A stretch of 43,488 bases of DNA from Macrostomum lignano. Lineage: Eukaryota. Positions 1-10,436 of the stretch are shown one piece after another (positions within the stretch are counted from its first letter, which is position 1; the number at the start of each line of letters is the position of its first letter). The position numbers and the translations under genes were made by a program. The notes under the pieces are model-generated. The model did no database searches and was not told the DNA's origin. It saw only the letters and a list, made by a program, of their open reading frames with translations. The DNA is taken from assembly GCA_002269645.1 (NCBI GenBank), contig NIVC01004518.1, forward strand, positions 1 to 43,488, read 5' to 3'.

Positions 1-1205
1 TTCCTCTTCCCCTACACTGTCTTCCCCTCTTCCCCTACCTGTCTTCCCCTCTTCCCCTACACTGTCTTCCCCTCTTCCCCTACCTGTCTTCCCCTCTTCC
101 CCTACCTGTCTTTCCCTCTTCCCCTACCTGTATTCCCCTCTTCCCCTACACTGTCTTCCCCTCTGCCCCTACCTGTCTTCCCCTCTTCCTCTACACGTCT
201 TCCCCTCTTCCCCTACCTGTCTTCCCCTCTTCCTCTACACGTCTTCCCCTCTTCCCCTACACTGTCTTCCCCTCTTCCCCTACCTGTCTTCCCCTCTTCC
301 CCTACCTGTCTTTTCCCTCTTCCCCTACCTGTCTTTTCCTCTTCCCCTACACTGTCTTCCCCTCTTCCCCTACCTGTCTTCCCCTCTTCCCCTACCTGTC
401 TTTCCCTCTTCCCCTACCTGTATTCCCTCTTCCCCTACACTGTCTTCCCCTCTGCCCCTACCTGTCTTCCCCTCTTCCTCTACACGTCTTCCCCTCTTCC
501 CTACCTGTCTTCCCCTCTTCCTCTACACGTCTTCCCCTCTTCCCCTACACTGTCTTCCCCTCTTCCCCTACCTGTCTTCCCCTCTTCCCCTACCTGTCTT
601 TTCCCTCTTCCCCTACCTGTCTTCCCCCTCTTCCCCTACCTGTCTTTCCCTCTTCCCCTATCTGTATTCCCCTCTTTAATTCCCCTACCTGTTTTCCACT
701 CTTCCCCTACCTGTCTTCCCCTCTTCCCCATCTGTCTTCCCCTCTTTCCCTACCCGTATTCCCCTCTTCCCCTACCTGTCTTCCCCTCCTCCCCTACCTG
801 TCTTCCCTTCTTCCCCTACCTGTCTTTCCCTCTTCCCCTACCTGTCTTCCCCCTCTTCCCCTACCTGTCTTCCCCTCTTCCCCTACCTGTCTTCCCCTCT
901 TCCCCTACCTGTCTTCCCCTCCCCCTACCTGTCTTCCCTTCTTCCCCTACCTGTCTTCCCCTCTTCCCCTACCTGTCTTCCCTTCTTCCCCTACCTGTCT
1001 TCCCCTCTTCCCCTACCTGTCTTCTCCTCTTCCCCTACCTGTCTTCCCTCTTCCCCTACCTGTCTTCCCCTCTTCCCCTACCTGTCTTCCCCTCTTCCCC
1101 TACCTGTCTTCCCCTCTTCCCCTACCTGTCTTTCTCTTCTTCCCCTGCTTGTCTTTCCCCTCTTCCCCATCTATCTATCTTCCCTTTTTCCTCTTCCCCT
1201 ACCTG
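1..1205. repeat. ~22-bp C/T-rich minisatellite (TTCCCCTCTTCCCCTACCTGTC)n in an ECHDC3 intron, truncated by the window start
   Basis: Direct tandem periodicity of about 22 nt with small variants; it ends about 60 nt before the acceptor at 1262-1264. Confidence 0.95.
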
Positions 1206-1264
1206 TCTGTCAAGTTACCGTAGATAATTAAATGGCTATCCTGCCCGTCTCCCATCCCATGCAG

Positions 1265-1415
1265 GTGTCCGGCCTGGCCACAGCGGCCGGCTGCCAACTG
1301 GTGGCCTCCTGCGACCTGGCCGTGGCCGCCTCCAGCGCTCGGTTCGCCACACCCGGAGTGAAAATTGGCCTGTTCTGCTCCACTCCCGCCGTGGCCTTGG
1401 CCCGATCTGTAAACG
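1265..1415 (+). CDS. ECHDC3: Enoyl-CoA hydratase domain-containing protein 3, penultimate coding exon
   Basis: CAG|GTG acceptor at 1264 and G|GTTAGT donor at 1416. Translation [50 protein letters not shown] is the crotonase core typical of ECHDC3 ([28 protein letters not shown]). The phase-1 end joins the exon at 7113. Confidence 0.9.
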
Positions 1416-1546
1416 GTTAGTTGGGCTAAATTCTGCTATTATATGCAAAAGCACCTATAGAACAACTACTACGAGTATTTTCGTTATACAAGCGTAAGTA
1501 GAAAATATTAAATTTGTGCACAAAGCGATTATAATTTTCATATTAT

Positions 1547-1573
1547 CCCGACCGAAAATAATCGCCCTTTGAA
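1547..1573 (+). repeat. Left terminal inverted repeat
   Basis: CCCGACCGAAAATAATCGCCCTTTGAA; the first 14 nt are the exact reverse complement of 6880-6893. Confidence 0.85.
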
Positions 1574-2707
1574 TGCGTCAAATGGCACATAAAAATGAAT
1601 TGGAGCGAAGCGCAAAATAACTGTCGAAACGAGAGGAAAATTGAGCGAATCGACAATCGGTGGCACAGCTTGGCACAAATATAACTGTGCCAAGCTGTGC
1701 CAATTGGCTCATTTGACACAATTAAGAATCAATTTTTTTATTGTGCACTACTACGCCACAGCTGTGCCACCAACTGTGTCAGTCGTCTAAGCTTTTTTTG
1801 AATGCTTATAATTGTGCACAACTGTGCCATAAATGTACCATTTGGGACCATACGAGTAAATGTGCAGTTTGAAACAGTTAAACTAGGCGCGTAATGTGCC
1901 ATATGATGCTGTAAATGCTGCAAGTCAGCTAATGCGAGTATAGCTGACTCGTTAGTCAACTACGAGTTATGAAGTAGCTAAAATTTTGCGAGAAGTAGAT
2001 GTTTGAATGAGGGAAGACAATTTGTAAAGAGTTGTCAATGTAAATTAAACTTTTGAACAGATATTAGCTATATATTTGAAGGAAAGTAGCAAAAAGGACA
2101 AAAACATGTGTAAAACAGGAAAAGGGAAGGCTGTGGAATGTAAAAATGCATAAGTGGAAGCTAACAGAAAGAAACATACATAGAGGAGACAAAAGCAACC
2201 TAATACGATTACGCTCGCTCGCTCGTAATAAAGCGCGGTGCGTGCATGAAAATTGTGGTACCAACAAAATAGAGCTTAATACATTTGAAACGAAAACTTA
2301 ATGTAAAAAATTAACTATTGAATAGACTACACGCAGCAAAGAAGTTTTAATTTAACAATATTTAAATAGATGAAAACATTGGTACAAAAATTTAAAGAAC
2401 AACAACAAACAACAAAACAAGCAAGCAACCAGACAAACAGAAAAAAACAACTAGGGAACCAACTCTTATACCACTATACCCTATAGGTTTTTAGTCAGAC
2501 ACCAAGCCTGATTCCAGGTGTTATTCTAATTTACGAGCCTGGAGCTAACTATAGTAATGTAGTTGGTTAGTCTACGTGGGAAGGAGCATATTTCCGGGGG
2601 AAAACAAAACCAGAAACGTGGGGGAAGACAGGCCAAGCTAGACGGCTCCCGCATCTGCCAAACAAGTTTAGTATTAATATATAGAAGTTACAGCTGATAT
2701 CCCGCGT

Positions 2708-3130
2708 TCAGTCCTCGCGAGGTGCATTAGTCGCCTCCGACTGCACAGTGTCAGTGACATCGGCAGCCGCTCCTTGACGACGTTTCTTTACAGGCAAACG
2801 TCCGTACCGCTTTTCACGTCGACTGACTGTGATGGAGCACCGAACGTATGCCTGTTCAACCGCTTTCATATTGGTTTGGATGTCGATTCCAGCCAGGTAA
2901 TCGATAATTGCTTGTAAACGCCGCGCGTCCAGTGGCAGGCGTGGCCGACCAGGCTCAGTAGCGCGACCGCGCAACGACGTTATCAGCAGCTCGTCGTCGC
3001 TGAAGCAACCCCGCACCATATCGCGGAGAAGTGCATTTAGGTCGGCCGGAGTTCTCGAATTTTTATATAGCTGTATTCGGGCCGTGACCCTGGTCCGGAC
3101 GACATTGGACGTAAAGGCGAAACCGATAGG
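2708..3130 (-). CDS. BEN-domain-like exon of a transposon-borne gene
   Basis: ATGCAG|CCT acceptor at 3131. PIGFAFTSNV...LNALLRDMVRGCFSDDELLITSLRGR...PLDARRLQAIIDYL follows the BEN pattern (LL..vF..eEL...S..G.....LD...l.AI..y). Recognised from memory; needs an HMM check. Confidence 0.6.
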   Translation of the reverse strand, partial: PIGFAFTSNVVRTRVTARIQLYKNSRTPADLNALLRDMVRGCFSDDELLITSLRGRATEPGRPRLPLDARRLQAIIDYLAGIDIQTNMKAVEQAYVRCSITVSRREKRYGRLPVKKRRQGAAADVTDTVQSEATNAPRED

Positions 3131-3215
3131 CTGCATAGGTGTGTTATTTAACAATTCGAGTAAATGGGATATGTGTGCGATCATAAATGAAGGACTACGA
3201 GTATTAATAGCTTAC

Positions 3216-3590
3216 CGTAGCATCAAGTGCCTCGTCGTCGTGGGCCAGCATATCGTCAAGTGTAACGGCTGGGTCCGCAAGCTGATCGAGATGTTGCGTG
3301 ATATGTTGCTTTGTTTCTTTAGTAATTACGTCAAGCAAACGCGGTTGTGCCAGTTTAGAGCGTCTAAACAGATCGTGCCGCATTTAGTCAATGACAACCT
3401 GCCGATCATCCGCCGAAATCGAAGCTACTGACGTCGCAGCCTCGGTGCAAGTTGCGAAGCCTGCGGTCCAGTTGCTTGCGTTACGGCGTTAATGAGTTTC
3501 TCGTTTTGCTGCGTCAATTGATCCCGGACGCAAGCTCATCTCGCTCGAGCTCACACTTTCGAAACTCGGACGAATTTCGTTTAATATTTG
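3216..3590 (-). pseudogene. Degraded upstream (coiled-coil-like) exon of the BEN gene
   Basis: ACG|GTAAGC donor at 3215 giving an 85-nt phase-0 intron. The frame reads ...DDRQVVID*MRHDLFRRSKLAQPRLLDVITKETKQHITQHLDQLADPAVTLDDMLAHDDEALDAT, with an in-frame TAA at 3386-3384 and apparent frameshifts further upstream. The 5' limit is approximate. Confidence 0.4.
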
Positions 3591-3854
3591 CTCATAAATT
3601 TGACACAATTGGTCCCTAGATGTGAATCAGATATCAAAACGAGATGTAATTTTACAATGAAGTAACGGAAACGGAAATTCGATACCACGTTTATTATGGA
3701 GAAATGCAAAGAAATATAAAACGACCCTTTTCGGAAAATGTAATCAACCACAATAAGGAGCAACTGCGTTATGCATCAAACAATTCAGAGTGAATCTTGA
3801 AAACTTACATTCACATCAAATCACGAAGGTACTCTCGTGTAATACATTTACCTA

Positions 3855-4610
3855 TTATCTACAACATGACACCTTACATGCACTTCTAGAGGGTCCAGCG
3901 GCAGTGGCACCTTCGATTTGCGCAACTTTGTTACCGCCCCTAGGCTGACTTGACACGCTCTGTCGCTTGAGCCGTTTTCGCAATACAGCTTCCGCCTTCG
4001 ATGCAGCTGCCAGCATTTCTTGCGCCTTCCTTCGCATCTCATCTATAGTCTGCTGCTGCATCACAAAATCATTCTCCTGCTGCTGCGCCTTTTTTGCTGC
4101 AGTTTCAATCGCACACTGTTCCTCCATCTTCTTCTGCAGTCTGCGGCATGCACTGCGCCTTAGCTTTGGTAGCAGTGGGTAAGTCGCAGTGGGCAGACTT
4201 TTCTGGAAAAAGTCTGAAAAAGTCAAACTTTTCAGGATTTGACTTTTTGACCTCCGAGTTTGAGGCACGCAACCTGGTGACTTCAAGATGCTCATCCACT
4301 GCAATGACAGTGCTCATAGATTTGGCGACCCTTAACATGGTTCTGTCGAAGTTGAAGTGCTCTCCGAGTAGGCAATCAGGGTTGACAAAGCGAAGAGCTC
4401 GGAGGATATTATTCTACAGCAACAGAAATGGAAATCGCAAACGCTCTTGTAGAATCCGATGCGATCAATTGGCGACAGTCTGTCAACAGTCTCACGGGTC
4501 TTGCCACCAATCACCAGACTTCATTGTCCAACTGATTGGAGCATTCCTTGGCACAATCGGCGAGGTCTGATAGAGAGTTGGTCTCATTGACAATGTCTTG
4601 GACAAAGCAC
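3855..4610 (-). pseudogene. Possible frameshifted C-terminal fragment of an hAT-like transposase
   Basis: Segments in three frames (IGGKTRETVDRLSPIDRIGFYKSVCDFHF; NNILRALRFVNP; YPLLPKLRRSACRRLQKKMEEQ plus coiled coil) resemble the C-terminal half of invertebrate hAT/ZNF862-like proteins. The SxAxxERxFS dimerisation motif is absent. Pattern recall only. Confidence 0.35.
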
Positions 4611-4791
4611 GTCAGGATGCAGCCGCAGAGTTCATCCAGTGACAATAAAACAATGTTGGCTTAGTGTATGTAATTATAAAACTCATTTAGCGCAGAATTG
4701 ACAGCATTTCAAAGATAATAGCGCAGTAGCGCAGCTGAAACAAAATAACGCAGTAGCGCTAAAATAGCGCAGGTATGGCAACTACAACTAT

Positions 4792-5762
4792 ATCACAACC
4801 GAATGTGCTATTGTACATTACCAGCTCTAGCGCCGCCTGCCTCTGTGGTGCGTCCATGGTGACACAATGAACATGAAACCGCATGACAGAGTGCCGGCGA
4901 TCAATGACTTCAATGACTTCATCAATGACAAAGTCGAATTTTTTTCAACGCTGCATAAGGTACTCTGCAGTTAGCATCTTCGTTTTGCAACCCCATAGGC
5001 CACACACGACGAGGAAGCGGGACTTGTGCGTATCGGACAATTCATTGACGCTAATATAGACGGGACACATTTCATAGCGAGACGTCTTGTACATTGCAAA
5101 CCCGTCCATGTTCAGCGTGTAAGTTAAGTCCGCCCTGTAGTTCAGCCTGGTACCGCATGCGCGCTTAAATTCGGCGTACTTCTCGCTGTTAGCATAGTGA
5201 ATGGTGTCTGGTTCGGTAGTCATGTCGGCCGGGAAGGTGACATGCTGAAGGTACGAGCGACATTCGAGTGCGGACTACAGTTGTCGACCGATATCAAACT
5301 GCCAGTAACGGTTCAAGCTTAAGAACGCTCCGCGACATTGTCGACAACCGTCTCGGGTCGCCTCGGCGCTATCTGTGGCGGCCTTGCAGCTGCGACACAC
5401 AGCGTAACATTCTGTGTTGCATCCAGTAGTGTCATTGACACTATCCAGATAATACACATAGCGTTGGAAATGGCTCCCGACAGGCAGCAGTTCGTCCAGT
5501 AGGCGCAATAAACGGTCTGTCCCTTCGCGAGTCAATGATTCGGTCTCGGCGAACTCCGTTAGTAATAGCGCCGTCTCGATGTATGTTCGACGCGCACCTT
5601 GATAGATTGGCTTGTCATTGACATGCTGTGGCGTCGGTCACGGTGTAGCTGGTTTTGAAGCTTTCGACGATGTCTAAGACTAATATTGCGAACCGCATTT
5701 GGCACAGCTTTTCTGTGGTTGACCTTTAGCATTGCATCTCTAAGCCTGTTCTTAAATGCCAT
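4792..5762 (-). pseudogene. Truncated CACTA/EnSpm (Tnp2-family) transposase
   Basis: One frame from 5637 to 4792: DKPIYQGARRTYIETALLLTEF..LTREGTDRLLRLLDELLP; CxxC/CxxC (CRSC, CRQC); FDIGRQL*; LTYTLNMDGFAMYKTSRYEMCPVYISVNEL; VVCGLWG; R*KK; CVTMDAPQRQAAL...YNSTFGCD. These match the animal EnSpm motifs (lt.NtDG..fkSS, wPi...inEL, D.PAr, fNg.ygC). In-frame stops at 5277-5275 and 4947-4945. The ATG at 5762 is in another frame. Homology ends abruptly after GCD. Confidence 0.75.
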
Positions 5763-6866
5763 GTGTACACTGAAATGGGAAATACATTACGAATTACGAA
5801 ATACATATGATAGCTTTATCCCTATTAAATTTATAGCTTCTTCCTAAACATGGATGGCCGTAAAACCAGGTATTGGTCGTATATGGTGCCAAGTTACAAC
5901 ATTTGAAATCTGGTGCGGTAAAGCCACTAATCTCAGTGAACAACGCATAACTGCACTTGTGTATATTATGATTCCTATTCTATAAGTAACTTAAAAAATG
6001 AAGACTACACAGATTCTATGTGGCCGTTAATATTGCGAAAAGAATATTTATTGATCAAGGAGTAAAAGACTAAAGATCAATTTATAAACTACACGCCGTA
6101 CTAAAATTTTATAATGCCGTATTTAATGCCGTATAATGCCGTATTTAACAGCAGCGAGCACACTTCATCATGCTGCGTACTTAATGCGGGAATATTTATG
6201 TATAATAAGGCATTTAATTAGGAACAAATCAAAGTTAACTATGTCATCGTTGAAAGGATAAACAACGCTAAAAATAAAAAATAATGAAATGAAAATTAAT
6301 CAGTAATATTACCTTCATTAAGTAAGTTATTAGTGTTACTATTGATAGTATACATAACTTGGTAATGCAATATAGTATCTCACATCATATATTCATTATA
6401 CTTTCTGCGCCACACCACATGGTAATAAAAGTAAAGAATTAAAATGTAACTAATACAAAAACAATTCAACTTCAAACTTTCCTATTCATTTTGGTATCAT
6501 ATGTCTGATTGTGCCAGCAGTGTGATATAATATCATGATTAGCTATTCAACATAATCCACATTACTTAATGACACAATAAGACTTGAGTCATGTTTCAAA
6601 ATAAACTTTCAAGAGTTACGATGTTCTACTGGATTCATTTTGTCAATGTGCATGCAGGCGTCTCACTCCTACGTGAGAATCCCGTGAGAACTTTGAAAAT
6701 AAAGACATACACAGACTGACAGACATTTATTTATAAGTGTGTCAAACGGCATAGCTATGGCACAACTGGTACAATTGTAGCGAGTGTGCCAAAAAGGACA
6801 TACAAAGACAGTTATAACTATGTCAAAGGGCATATTTGTGGCACAACTGGCACACTTGCACTGTTT

Positions 6867-6893
6867 TTGAAAGGACAAATATTTTCGGTCGGG
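6867..6893 (-). repeat. Right terminal inverted repeat
   Basis: TTGAAAGGACAAATATTTTCGGTCGGG, an imperfect reverse complement of 1547-1573. Confidence 0.85.
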
Positions 6894-7112
6894 CTTACCT
6901 ACTCTACTTATATTAGAAATATAAGGATAAAAATGTGAAATAATTTAAGCAACGAATTTTATTTGCTTTTTTAAATCGTCAAACAAATCCTTTCACTAAA
7001 CCTGACAGATCCCCAAATCCCTAAATTGTACACAAAGCTGGTGCTTCTTCCCACTATGCCTCTTACCACTTATTAATTAGTAACTTTTATCCTTTAATTT
7101 TACACCTGTCAG

Positions 7113-7459
7113 GCAAAATGGCAATGCGCATGCTGCTCACCGGCGAGCCAATCACAGCTCAGGAGGCGCTGGCCTCTGGCCTAGTCAGTCACGTGGCTGA
7201 GGACGCCGATTTAGAAGCTACTACGGAAACATTGGTTGCTATGGTTACCCGGCACAGTAGGCCAGTGGTTTCTATGGGCAAGCAAACATTCTATCAACAG
7301 GTGAAGCTGCCCAGAGATGAAGCTTACCGCCTGTGCGAGTCCACGATGCTGGCCAATCTCCGTCTGCCCGACGCTCAGGAAGGAATTGCGGCTTTCTTAG
7401 AAAAGCGACAACCGAATTGGAGCCATTCGGACAAGGAAGTTGTCGAGAAGCAGAAGTGA
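7113..7459 (+). CDS. ECHDC3: ECHDC3 terminal coding exon
   Basis: Pyrimidine tract and TGTCAG|GC acceptor at 7112, completing the Gly codon. Translation KMAMRMLLTGEPITAQEALASGLVSHV...SRPVVSMGKQTFYQQ...DAQEGIAAFLEKRQPNWSH, TGA at 7457-7459, AATAAA at about 7557. Confidence 0.9.
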
Positions 7460-7808
7460 CCGGTGCTTCAAGTTTTACATCATGTTTTTAAAAAAACTGA
7501 AATCGAGACATATTTTATGAATTTGTCTTGATGTAAAATGATTTCTCTCTGATTATAATAAATCTATTTTTATCGTCATTTTTGTGCGCGATTCGCACTA
7601 CTGATTTAGTCGATTATGACCGTAGTAGTATGCAAGGCTTTTGTTCGGTAATTTTTCTATGAAAAGCTATAAAAATGAAAATCTAATTTAATAGATTAAA
7701 TTAACAGAAACAAATTTCGTTTTCTTGCATGCCAAGAACTGCATCTGGTGCGGTTGCACTTCAAATTTTAGTGGGTTAAATAACGACAAATTATTAAACT
7801 AAATCTAG

Positions 7809-8068
7809 TCTACAATAAAGCTACAATCCTGGCCGCGGCCGCTACTCAAGATCAGATAGTTGGCGGAGTTGTCGGGGGCCTGCTCGCCCTAGTCCTGCTC
7901 AGCCTCTGTGTTGCCCTTTATTGTTACTTCCGTCGTAATCCCAGTCACTCCGGCGACTACGAGACTAACGAGGCGAAGGGCGCCGAACTGACCGACAATC
8001 CCGACGCCGCTGTGCGTTACGGCGCGGCGGCTGGGCAGCCGGATTTGCGAGAGGAATTCTACATGTGA
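7809..8068 (+). CDS. Terminal exon encoding the TM helix, band-4.1-binding motif and PDZ-ligand tail of a Neurexin-IV/Caspr/glycophorin-C-like protein (missed by the ORF track)
   Basis: Frame 7811-8068 reads YNKATILAAAATQDQIVGGVVGGLLALVLLSLCVALYCYFRRNPSHSGDYETNEAKGAELTDNPDAAVRYGAAAGQPDLREEFYM*. HSGDYETNEAKGAE..D..DAA matches the Caspr2/Nrx-IV juxtamembrane motif (HKGxYxTxEAKGA), and EEFYM is a class II PDZ-type end. There is no in-frame ATG upstream; candidate acceptors are at 7808, 7820, 7850 and 7855. Confidence 0.7.
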
Positions 8069-8092
8069 TTTTTTAAAACATGTATAGCTACT

Positions 8093-8536
8093 TTCGATAC
8101 ATATCGGCAGGCTCTGTAAAACACGTTTTTAAGTGTTTTAACTGGTTTCTTGTAGAATAAAATCTCATTTCCTTTGATTTTACCTTCTTCAAAAAATGTA
8201 TTAAACCAATACGTGTACCAAAACGTCTGTAGTTATTTATAATTGTTTTCGATACATATCGGTCGTGTAGAAATTTGAGGTATAAAGACAATTAAAATAA
8301 AGAAACTAATCGATATTTTTTTAATTTGTTACCAGTCAGAATTTTTCCTTAAAACATCCCTCTGACTATTTGGGATTCGAACCTCAGGCGTTTATTGTTT
8401 TGAAACTGCCTTAAAATTAGATTTCGATACATATCGGGAGATGTTTTGATACGCATATCTGTAATTGAAGTTAGTTTAGTCAGAAGTTTCTTAAAATTCT
8501 TAAATGATTCAATTTGTATTATTCGATACATATCGG
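8093..8536. repeat. Four exact copies of a 15-nt near-palindrome TTCGATACATATCGG separated by unrelated AT-rich spacers
   Basis: Copies start at 8093, 8248, 8423 and 8522; a degenerate copy lies at about 8445. Confidence 0.8.
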
Positions 8537-9003
8537 TGTAGCATAGAATCTGATCTTGGCTTATTAAAAGTTACAAAAGTATCAGGGGCTGGTGAAGACT
8601 CGAATCCCTGTCATGTGTTGTAATAAGCTTCCTTTAGTCATAAGATTTGCACCCGATGAACTTAGACTACGATTCGCAGTATGATCTATTTGCATATTTG
8701 TTTCATGTATCAGTGATCATCATAGTACCATGTGCTCAATATTGCCTATTCTAGCGCCTAGTTGTGTAACTTTGTTTTTTTATAATAATGTACACTGCGG
8801 ACAATGAATCTAATTTTTCTATGACTTTAAATTTGCTGTTTTGCTTCGCTTTTTGAAATTATTACTTTCCTGGTAATTTGTTCTTTATTCCAGTCGTTTA
8901 AAGTTGATATGTTTGTCAATATTCTCTGAGCTTGTTCCTCTTTTTGGCTTGCTCTTTACAATATTATTTAGTGCAGCTTTTTTGTTTTTTTCTATTTTAA
9001 TCG

Positions 9004-9575
9004 TTGATCTTTAGATAAGGCCGCCAAACATTCCTTTGATCTTTAGATGAGGCCGGTAGGTAAACATTCCTTTGATCTTTTGATAGCCTAAACTTCCTTT
9101 GATCTTTAGATAAGGCCGCTAGGCTTTCCTTTGATCTTTAGATAAGGCCGCCAAACATTCCTTTGATCTTTAGATGAGGCCGGTAAACATTCCTTTGATC
9201 TTTAGATGAGGCCGGTAAACATTCCTTTGATCTTTTGATAGCCTAAACTTCCTTTGATCTTTAGATAAGGCCGCTAGGCTTTCCTTTGATCTTTAGATGA
9301 AGCCGATAAACATTCATTTGATCTTTTGATAAGGCCTCTAAACTTCCTTTGATCTTTAGATAAGGCCGCTAGACTTTCCTTTGATCTTTAGGTGAAGCCG
9401 CTAAACATTCATTTGATCTTTTAATAAGGCCTCTAAACTTCCTTTGATCTTTAGATAAGGCCGCTAGACTTTCCTTTGATCTTTAGGTGAAGCCGCTAAA
9501 CAGTCTTTTTGTTTTTAGATAAGGCCGCTAAACTTTCCTTTGATGTTTAGATGAGGCCGCTAAACTATCTTTTGA
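9004..9575. repeat. ~32-bp minisatellite (TTCCTTTGATCTTTAGATAAGGCCGCTAAAC-like)
   Basis: GATCTTT recurs about every 32 nt; roughly 17 variant copies. Confidence 0.9.
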
Positions 9576-10111
9576 TGTTTTTTATCTAATTACCAATTAG
9601 TCCACTGACTCACTTGCCACTATAGTAGCAATTAGTTTTCGCACTTTGGGTGCCTTTATTGCCTTCTGCTCTCTGATATTTTTGGCGACAGCACACAGTC
9701 AAACTTTTGTGCCACACCTTCCCAGCGTCTGTCAGAGGTTTTAATACGTGCGTAATGTCATTAAAATGAAATAACCATTTTCCTGTACTTTTGTCTATAC
9801 TACGAGTATTTAAAATTTTATGTGTGTATATTTGTACACACTTCGATTGGAATTACAGGCATATATTTCAAATTACTAATATGAATCTGCTGAAGTTAAT
9901 ATTGTTAAATTGCAAAAATTAAATTATTTTGGTTGAAGCAGGCCTCTTACTACAATAATAGTAATTAAGGCTATGGTTTTACTATCTTCACTTGAAGTGA
10001 CATATGAAACACTCCGTTTAACATCATTTTGTTTATTTGTTTTTTATGATCAGTCTATAAACACTAAATTACACTTATATCAAATCACAAGCAGTTGCTT
10101 TTTAAGCAGCT

Positions 10112-10436
10112 TATGACCAGATTATAAAGATTGTGTGACCAGATTACAAAGATTGTATGACCATATTTCAAGGATTGTGTGACCAGATTACAAGGATTGT
10201 ATGACCAGATTACAAGGATTGTATGACCATATTTCAAGGATTGTATGACCAGATTACAAGTATTGTATGACCAGATTACAAGTATTGTATGACCATATTT
10301 CAAGGATTGTGTGACCAGATTACAAGGATTGTGTGACCAGATTACAAGTATTGTATGACCAGATTACAAGTATTGTATTACCATATTTCAAGGATTGTGT
10401 GACCAGATTACAAGGATTGTGTGACCAGATTACAAG
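10112..10436. repeat. 22-bp minisatellite (GATTGTGTGACCAGATTACAAG)
   Basis: Direct periodicity; about 15 copies with a 3-unit higher-order pattern. Confidence 0.9.

Larger units (their letters stand above)
1547..6893 (-). mobile_element. Non-autonomous CACTA/CMC-EnSpm-like DNA transposon (5347 bp) inserted in the ECHDC3 intron
   Basis: Terminal inverted repeats CCCGACCGAAAATA (1547-1560) and TATTTTCGGTCGGG (6880-6893), imperfectly extendable to about 27 bp. Dense subterminal GGCACA/TGTGCC motifs at both ends (about 1580-1920 and 6750-6860). An internal Tnp2-like transposase remnant is present. No exact TSD (AT left, CT right). Confidence 0.8.

Noticed and set aside
4759-5640. Alternative genetic code or programmed readthrough explaining the in-frame stops in the transposase
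   Set aside because: Host genes use TGA and TAG as normal stops, different stop codons are involved, and the transposase is also truncated, so pseudogenisation is simpler.
8093-8536. Repeat-spacer pattern as a CRISPR array
   Set aside because: The repeat is only 15 nt, spacers are 84-160 nt and irregular, and there is no cas context. Kept as an unexplained motif cluster.
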